A DNA stretch of 32,000 nt from Candidatus Heimdallarchaeota archaeon (GTDB taxonomy: Archaea; Asgardarchaeota; Heimdallarchaeia; Heimdallarchaeales; Heimdallarchaeaceae): positions 1 through 32,000 of the forward strand of contig DAOVER010000001.1 of the NCBI GenBank assembly GCA_030668875.1. The letters are read 5' to 3'. A model generated the notes under the pieces. That model was not told the DNA's origin. It saw nothing but the letters and a program-made list of their open reading frames with translations, and did not search any database. Shown piece by piece: positions 26,255-32,000 of the stretch (positions within the stretch are counted from its first letter, which is position 1; each line of letters begins with the position of its first letter). The translations under genes were made by a program, and so were the position numbers.

Positions 26255-26629
26255 TTATCGAGGTTTAATTGAAATCATCGTACATCCAATGAATGTAATT
26301 AAACCAGATGCTGCTGCAATCATTATTGTCGCAATACTAGCAATTACAGGTTGAAGAGCTTCAAGATCATTTTGCCAAACAGCTAAGTATACTGTAAAAA
26401 TAATCAGAGCTGCAATCATTAATCCTGTGAAAACAAGATATGCGTTTTTTTCTTCAGATTTGAATACTCTTGAAACTGAGCCTAGTGAAAAACCACCTAA
26501 TGTTCCTATTCCAAGATAAAACAAAAGCCACCAGAATTGTGTAGTTAATTCAACGATGGTAATTGTAACGCCAGCGATTCCTAAGGCAACTAATATTCCA
26601 CCAATGAATGATATAGGTCTAGCACTCAT
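26255..26629 (-). CDS. Small four-TM membrane protein
   Basis: Four hydrophobic helices in 124 aa; SD-like ggag upstream. Confidence 0.7.
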   Translation of the reverse strand: MSARPISFIGGILVALGIAGVTITIVELTTQFWWLLFYLGIGTLGGFSLGSVSRVFKSEEKNAYLVFTGLMIAALIIFTVYLAVWQNDLEALQPVIASIATIMIAAASGLITFIGCTMISIKPR

Positions 26630-26743
26630 TAAATCATCTCCATTATTTTATCTCCAAGTTTATTATATTAATATTTCTAAATCATTTGCGAATACAATTT
26701 ATCTTTATTAGTTGTAAATCGTGCTTAAAATTAGAAAAAACTA

Positions 26744-27481
26744 CTACTTCATAGAGGAATCCTTGGCGATTGTTCCATCATTCATTATAATCTGTCTTTG
26801 AGCTAACATTGCTTGCTCGTTATCGTGAGTAACATAAACTAATGTTTTTTTCTGTTCTTTACTTAGGGCTATCAAGAGATCAAGAATTCTCTTACCTGTA
26901 CTTGAATCAAGATTTCCTGTAGGTTCATCTGCTAGTATTATCTCAGGATCATTTGCAAGAGCTCGTGCAATTGCAACTCGTTGTTGTTCTCCTCCACTCA
27001 ATTGGTCAGGTTTATGATTTCTCCGTGACAACAACCCTACATCGGAGAGTAACTCTTCTAGTATCTCTTTTCGCTCTTCCTTAGGCCTTTTTGATAGAAT
27101 CAATGGCATTTCTATATTCTTTTCTGCATTTATTTCTTCTAACAAATTAAAATTTTGAAAAACATATCCAATTGTTTCTCTTCGCACAAAACTTAATTCC
27201 CTATCATTTAATTTGCTAAGCTCTTGACCATCTATGGTGATGGTTCCTGAATCGATGTAATCTAGAGCTCCAATTAAATTGAGTAATGTAGTTTTTCCAG
27301 ATCCAGAAGGACCAACTATCGATACTATCTCGCCTCTATCTATTGATACTGTAACGTTATCTAGCGCTTTAACCATTACTTCTCCAAGAGAATATTTCTT
27401 CGAAACATTTATGACGTTTATGAAATTCTTTCTTGTTTTTCTCTTAGTTTTTTTCACTGCGTTAGTAGATTTTCGAGACAT
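26744..27481 (-). CDS. ABC transporter ATP-binding protein (LolD/MacB/FtsE family)
   Basis: [48 protein letters not shown]. Confidence 0.95.
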   Translation of the reverse strand: MSRKSTNAVKKTKRKTRKNFINVINVSKKYSLGEVMVKALDNVTVSIDRGEIVSIVGPSGSGKTTLLNLIGALDYIDSGTITIDGQELSKLNDRELSFVRRETIGYVFQNFNLLEEINAEKNIEMPLILSKRPKEERKEILEELLSDVGLLSRRNHKPDQLSGGEQQRVAIARALANDPEIILADEPTGNLDSSTGKRILDLLIALSKEQKKTLVYVTHDNEQAMLAQRQIIMNDGTIAKDSSMK

Positions 27482-27503
27482 TCTTTTTTACACTCCCAAA
27501 TTC

Positions 27504-27827
27504 TTATTTGTAGTTGTCGATTGGTGAAAACCTCTCTCTCATGATATCCATTTCTTTTACCCAAGCTTCTTCTAGATCAATATCGTGAAGTATGCATAAT
27601 TGTAAAAGAAGTGTGAAAACTTGAGCGAATTCTCTAGACAATTCTTTGCTTTGTGGTTTTTGATGACCTTGTTCTTCATTTTTATATCCTGAAGCGAAAA
27701 TCAGATGTTTTCCTATCTCTCCCAGTTCTTCTACTAAATGAATGAAAACATCATTTGGTGAATATTTCAACCAATTACGTTCTTCTAAAAACAGTTTCAA
27801 GGTGCTAATTATCTCATTTAATTCCAT
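27504..27827 (-). CDS. MazG-like nucleotide pyrophosphohydrolase family protein
   Basis: FLEERNW, HLVEELGEI, REFAQV (usual ELADV), HDIDLEEAW..M...RERF. Confidence 0.8.
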   Translation of the reverse strand: MELNEIISTLKLFLEERNWLKYSPNDVFIHLVEELGEIGKHLIFASGYKNEEQGHQKPQSKELSREFAQVFTLLLQLCILHDIDLEEAWVKEMDIMRERFSPIDNYK

Positions 27828-27841
27828 TAATCATCACATTA

Positions 27842-29917
27842 TTATGTAGAATAAGCTTTGAGCGTCCTTTTAGTAATGCGGGTTTTGCAAATGGGGCACT
27901 CTTCTTTTATTTTAAGCCACTGTTCCATGTGCTCTTTATGTGCTACATTGTTACATGTAGGGCACTCCAAAACATTTTCACCGTGCTTGATTAATCCTTG
28001 ACATATTAAGCACTTTGTAGGAAGCTCTTTACAGTTCTTACACGGATCATTTGCAGATTCAATAACGTGCCCACATTTCAAGCAGTGTGTCTTTTTAGAT
28101 GGAAGTCTTATTCTTGTAAGTCTTTCAAAAGTTGATTGAGTTAGAGAACCTTGATAATAACCATGAGCAATAAGTTGGCTTGTCATTTTGAAAATATCTA
28201 TTTCTGGTAGCTTCAACTGCTCAGCAATCGTAACTAGTCTAATCTTCCTTCTTCTAGATTTTTCTATCTCATTAACAACTCTAATATAGACTTCTCCAAG
28301 ATCCTTCAACTCCCTACTAGGTAAAATCTTCTGGAAAGACTCAACATATACTGCGCTCCCTCTGAGTTCAATACTTAACAATCCAGAACCCACTAGCTCA
28401 AATATTATATTAGTTGCAGCTACTGCAGATTTTCCCCAGATTTTCTGAATGGATTTCAAAGATGTTTTTTGATTAGAAATAGCATATCCGAATATTTCTT
28501 GATAGTGGATAGGAAGGTCATCCAATTGAACAAGTGGGGGGAATAGAGGAATTTCTTCTGGAACAAGCTTATTACCTTGTATTGACCCCTTAATCAACCC
28601 CTTTCCATAGAATCCATATAGCCTTTCTTTTGCATGGTGTTTGTCAATACCTAATGCAAGGGAAATGTCTTTAGTAGTTATATAAGCTTTGGAAACAATC
28701 ATCCCTAGAACTATTTTTTCCCATCTTTCTAGGGTCCCTTCTTGAGCTCTACTATATCTCTTGATACCTTCCATAATCAGAGTATTCCCACTCAATGAAC
28801 AGCTTATGAAGCCTTCCAAAAGCAGGTTGATGACTCCTTCTAATATCTCTCCATCGGTTCTATTCATAAGGACACTAAGTTTTCGTAAAGAAATTTTCTT
28901 TTGTGTTGAAAGAAGACCAAATAGTGCCTCATAACTGAAGAATGACAAAGTTGCCATCTCTTCTATGGTTCTTGTTGGACTGAACTCAGGTATGGTGATT
29001 GGAACAATATCATTTGTTCCTGAAAAAACAAATTGGAAGGTTCCTCTTGCAGTTAGGGCTGCCAAAGTTCTTAGGATTTCATTTCTTTCTCTTCCTATGA
29101 ACTTGCTGATTTCTTGAGGAGAAGCTTTTTTGGTTAATATGAGGTAACCTATAATTTCTTTCTCAATTCTTTGTAATGATGATAAAGGAATTATCTTTGG
29201 TTCAATAATATATTTTGTAACATTGATGAATAATGAATCAGTTCCCAGTTTTTTCTTTTTAAATTCCAATTTTGCTTCTAGTTTTTTTAACAGAAAAAGT
29301 CTTGATATTTTTTCTATGATTTCCTTTTTGGGAAATTCAGTGATTCTTGAAATTGTGGATACATCTGCTTTTCTCAGCATCATAGCGATTCCAACAATAA
29401 ATGTGTCATCCTTTGTAAGTTTAATTTTCTCGTCTGGTTCCCAAATCCATTGCACAAGAATATTCTCTTGCTTTATTGAACCTATAAATAGACCCCGACT
29501 TACCAGGAAAAATATGTGATCAATAAGTTCTTTTTTTGGTATGTCTACTATTTCTGTAAGATTCGATACATTCACCTTTTCTGATTGAGATAGAAATCCA
29601 AGAATCATCTTTCTTAATGGTGTCACTCGTGAAGAAATTATTTTGGGATACTTGTATATTGTTGCTAAAGAAAATACGCCTTTTCTGTACGAGCCTCTCA
29701 CTACGAGAGCTTGTACAATTAACTGAATATAATCCTTAATTGCTTCAACTGGAATTTCATAATCAGTTGAAAACTTTGTTAGATTTATCTCTCGCATTAA
29801 ATATAGTTGGGTTAGAATTTGTGCTCTAATACGTTTTGAGATGTTAACTTCTGGGAGATCTAAATCACTAAAAGTAATTTCATAAACATCATCTCTCTCA
29901 AAAGTCAGTTTTACCAT
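27842..29917 (-). CDS. Tandem PCI-like winged-helix repeat protein (8 copies) with zinc ribbon and C-terminal RING-variant finger; candidate E3 ligase/scaffold
   Basis: Eight ~45-aa units of pattern hhxhh..h...i..l...l.i...ei...l..L...G.h.Gsh; CLKC..CKNC ribbon; C-x2-C-x12-C-x2-C-x4-H-x2-H-x3-W-x6-C-x2-C at 27887-28012. Confidence 0.75.
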   Translation of the reverse strand: MVKLTFERDDVYEITFSDLDLPEVNISKRIRAQILTQLYLMREINLTKFSTDYEIPVEAIKDYIQLIVQALVVRGSYRKGVFSLATIYKYPKIISSRVTPLRKMILGFLSQSEKVNVSNLTEIVDIPKKELIDHIFFLVSRGLFIGSIKQENILVQWIWEPDEKIKLTKDDTFIVGIAMMLRKADVSTISRITEFPKKEIIEKISRLFLLKKLEAKLEFKKKKLGTDSLFINVTKYIIEPKIIPLSSLQRIEKEIIGYLILTKKASPQEISKFIGRERNEILRTLAALTARGTFQFVFSGTNDIVPITIPEFSPTRTIEEMATLSFFSYEALFGLLSTQKKISLRKLSVLMNRTDGEILEGVINLLLEGFISCSLSGNTLIMEGIKRYSRAQEGTLERWEKIVLGMIVSKAYITTKDISLALGIDKHHAKERLYGFYGKGLIKGSIQGNKLVPEEIPLFPPLVQLDDLPIHYQEIFGYAISNQKTSLKSIQKIWGKSAVAATNIIFELVGSGLLSIELRGSAVYVESFQKILPSRELKDLGEVYIRVVNEIEKSRRRKIRLVTIAEQLKLPEIDIFKMTSQLIAHGYYQGSLTQSTFERLTRIRLPSKKTHCLKCGHVIESANDPCKNCKELPTKCLICQGLIKHGENVLECPTCNNVAHKEHMEQWLKIKEECPICKTRITKRTLKAYST

Positions 29918-29975
29918 CTCGAAAAGGTTAGATAAAATTAGTTAAACATGATTTATAATAAATCTTTGTCATGTG

Positions 29976-30010
29976 GTCATATAAACTACACTAGTGTCAG
30001 TTTAAATGAC
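29976..30010. promoter_or_regulatory. Near-perfect 35-bp inverted repeat upstream of the WH-RING gene
   Basis: GTCATATAAACT-ACACTAGTGT-C-AGTTTAAATGAC: 12-bp arms with one mismatch around a 10-bp perfect palindrome. Confidence 0.45.
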
Positions 30011-30082
30011 AACAACCCATCATTAAAGTTCCTTTATTAGAAATGAATTTATCGTTAAAATAGTAAAGAAGAGAAGAGTCGA

Positions 30083-31417
30083 TTAAACTCTCTCTAAATA
30101 TTTTAGATATTCCCATTCCCATTCAGCTTCACTACTAGTAGATTTAGCTTCAGAATGATCTTTACATTCTTTTCTCTTCACTTCTAAGAAAATGTCGACA
30201 ATGTCTTTCCCGAGAACTTGAGAAACTAGATTACTACTTTCTAGATAATCCAAAGCATCACTTAAACTAGAAGGAAGTTGGGTTATTCCCATATCTTTTC
30301 TTTCTTGAACAGTCAGTTTTTCTATGTTTTTAACAGTAGGTTGTATTGGTTCAATTTTCTTTTTCATACCATCTAAACCAGAAGATAAGAGTAACGCAGA
30401 AGCAAGATAGATATTTGTAGCACAATCTGCTGCGCGAAATTCAATTCTTGCTTTCTTTTCGTATCCTGGAACCCGGATCAATGCTGTACGATTAGCTATT
30501 CCCCACGATTTGAATACTGGAGCCTCATGGCCAGTTACTAATCTTTTATAGGAGTTTGTTGTTGGATTGAATATAGCTGACATAGCGTCAACATTTTCTA
30601 AGATACCACCAACAAAAAATCGTAAATTGTCACTAATTCCTTTTTCTTCATCTGAAAAAATATTTGTTCCATTTTGAGTAAGAAATTGATGTATATGTAA
30701 TCCACTACCTGCCAAATCCTCAAAAGGTTTAGGCATGAATGTAGCAATTACTTCATCAAAAAGCGCGTTTGCTTTAATGATTAGCTTTGCAGTTTGAGTA
30801 TTATCAGCTTGTTTTAAAGCATCTAGGATACCAAATTCTATCTCTTGCTGAGCATGCCCACATTCATGATGAATTGTTTTAACGGGTATTCCCATTTCTA
30901 GCATATCATTTGCCATACTTCGTCTTAAAGAACCTAGAATATCAAATGGTAAAGTGTCCATGTATTCCCCATCTTCAACAGGCTCTAATTCATCATCAAG
31001 AAAATACCACTCTAGTTCAGGTCTGACTTTGTATTCAAACCCTAGATTATTGGCATTGCCTATCTCTTTTTTCAATATACTCCTTGGATCTGTAGGGTGA
31101 GGGGTTCCATCATTTTTTTGAATATCACAAATGAATCTAGCAACTCTTGGTTCCCATGGAATTATAGATAAAGTGTCCAAATCAGGAATGATTTTCATGT
31201 CACTTTGCTCAGTTTGTAAGAATCCTAATGAAGACCCATCCACACCACTTCCTTCTTGCATCTCATCCCAGATGTTTGCAGGAAATTCCACAGACTTGAG
31301 TTCTCCAAAAATTGTCGTAAACTGAAATTGTATAAACTCGATTTTATTTTCTGTAAAAAACTTGTTTAAATCACTCATTTCAATAATCACGCTTTCTAAC
31401 TCTGTATCAAACATCAT
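30083..31417 (-). CDS. glnA: Glutamine synthetase type I
   Basis: DGSSLGF..QSDM, RPELEWY, HHECG..QQEI, ATFMPKP, GSGLHIH, NSYKRLVTGHEAP, NRTALIRVP, RIEFR. Confidence 0.92.
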   Translation of the reverse strand: MMFDTELESVIIEMSDLNKFFTENKIEFIQFQFTTIFGELKSVEFPANIWDEMQEGSGVDGSSLGFLQTEQSDMKIIPDLDTLSIIPWEPRVARFICDIQKNDGTPHPTDPRSILKKEIGNANNLGFEYKVRPELEWYFLDDELEPVEDGEYMDTLPFDILGSLRRSMANDMLEMGIPVKTIHHECGHAQQEIEFGILDALKQADNTQTAKLIIKANALFDEVIATFMPKPFEDLAGSGLHIHQFLTQNGTNIFSDEEKGISDNLRFFVGGILENVDAMSAIFNPTTNSYKRLVTGHEAPVFKSWGIANRTALIRVPGYEKKARIEFRAADCATNIYLASALLLSSGLDGMKKKIEPIQPTVKNIEKLTVQERKDMGITQLPSSLSDALDYLESSNLVSQVLGKDIVDIFLEVKRKECKDHSEAKSTSSEAEWEWEYLKYLERV

Positions 31418-31448
31418 TAAAATTCTATTTATATAGTTTTGTCAAGGG

Positions 31449-31462
31449 TGAAAACTATTTCC
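31449..31462 (-). promoter_or_regulatory. Possible nitrogen-regulon operator (NrpR-like GGAA-N6-TTCC, 7/8 match) upstream of glnA
   Basis: Minus strand GGAA-ATAGTT-TTCA, 32-45 bp upstream of the glnA ATG. Overlaps an 8-bp inverted repeat ATAGTTTT-N10-AAAACTAT (31433-31458). Confidence 0.3.
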
Positions 31463-31525
31463 ATGAATATTTTATTTCAATTCGACAATTATTTAAGGTT
31501 GTAACAATTTAATAGCAAGAAGGGC

Positions 31526-32000
31526 ATGACAATACCTAGCAGATTCTGGATAACTAAGGGAACAGGGGAATCTAATGTATCAGATCTTTCTGCCATTGAT
31601 GAATCCTTGATGAATGCAGGAATAGGTTATCAGAACCATGTTTTAGTTTCATCCATACCTCCCTCCATTGAAATTCAACCAAAAATTATTGCTCGACATG
31701 GATTAACCCGCGTTCCAGTTGGGGTTGAATGGAAACTTATACCTTCAAGCGCGATATTATATGTTGTTAGGGCATTAAAAACTGGCAAACGAGGTGACAC
31801 TGTTGCAACTTGTATCTCTTTAGCAAAAGTAGAAATAAAAACAAGTGATGCAAATCTTGAATGCGTTCTAGCCTATGAGTCTAATGGGTCAAAAATAGAC
31901 GAAGTAGAAAATATTGCACTATCTGGATTAAAAGAGATGGTTGAAAGAAGACATGCAATTCTCGATGAAAATTGGGGAAATTCTGGATATAAAACCATCT
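31526..32000 (+). CDS. pdaD: Pyruvoyl-dependent arginine decarboxylase, 3'-truncated (absent from the ORF track)
   Basis: Own translation: MTIPSRFWITKGTGESNVSDLSAIDESLMNAGIGYQNHVLVSSIPP...; Ser-Ser self-cleavage site at 31649-31654; frame open to the window end. Confidence 0.85.
   Translation, partial: MTIPSRFWITKGTGESNVSDLSAIDESLMNAGIGYQNHVLVSSIPPSIEIQPKIIARHGLTRVPVGVEWKLIPSSAILYVVRALKTGKRGDTVATCISLAKVEIKTSDANLECVLAYESNGSKIDEVENIALSGLKEMVERRHAILDENWGNSGYKTI

Noticed and set aside
29997-30024. Minus-strand ATGATGG-N16-CTGA resembling half of a C/D sRNA
   Set aside because: There is only one C/D pair, the guide is long and AT-rich, and there is no closing stem; the inverted repeat explains the region better.
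30083-31417. GlnA as a non-GS gamma-glutamyl-amine ligase
   Set aside because: The ammonium-site Asp (QSDM), the flap Glu (GHEAP) and the Arg residues (NRTALIR, RIEFR) are retained, consistent with a true glutamine synthetase.
1-32000. tRNA/rRNA genes, transposases, integrases, defence systems
   Set aside because: No cloverleaf-like or extended GC-rich structural RNA segment, terminal inverted repeats with a transposase, or recognisable defence-gene motifs were seen.

Overview
AT-rich, densely coding archaeal window, most likely from an Asgard archaeon (Heimdallarchaeia-like). This is inferred from archaeal-type PheS/PheT, Kae1/Bud32 and PdaD together with many eukaryotic-signature-like domains. 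Housekeeping genes: pheS-pheT, kae1, bud32, cofE-like/folP, galK-like, glnA, pdaD (truncated by the window), an ABC ATPase, a MazG-like protein, a HAD hydrolase, a GcvH-like protein and two divergent 2-phosphoglycerate kinase paralogs. No rRNA, tRNA, CRISPR array or mobile element was seen. An unannotated, canonical-looking box C/D guide sRNA lies at about 8456-8521. The most interesting block is 13980-20745. Three neighbouring genes share a paralogous roadblock/LC7-like domain with a KYP signature, and two of them also carry an N-terminal longin-like domain. They sit beside a zinc-ribbon membrane protein, an acidic low-complexity protein, a kinase-fold protein and a tail-anchored Rpn11-like JAMM isopeptidase. 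Other notable proteins: eight tandem PCI-like winged helices plus a RING-variant finger (27842-29917), a receptor-like repeat/TM/longin protein (<1-1686), a GcvH lacking its lipoyl lysine, and a B12-radical SAM gene wedged between kae1 and bud32. All domain calls are by-eye motif and topology recognition; no database searches were run.
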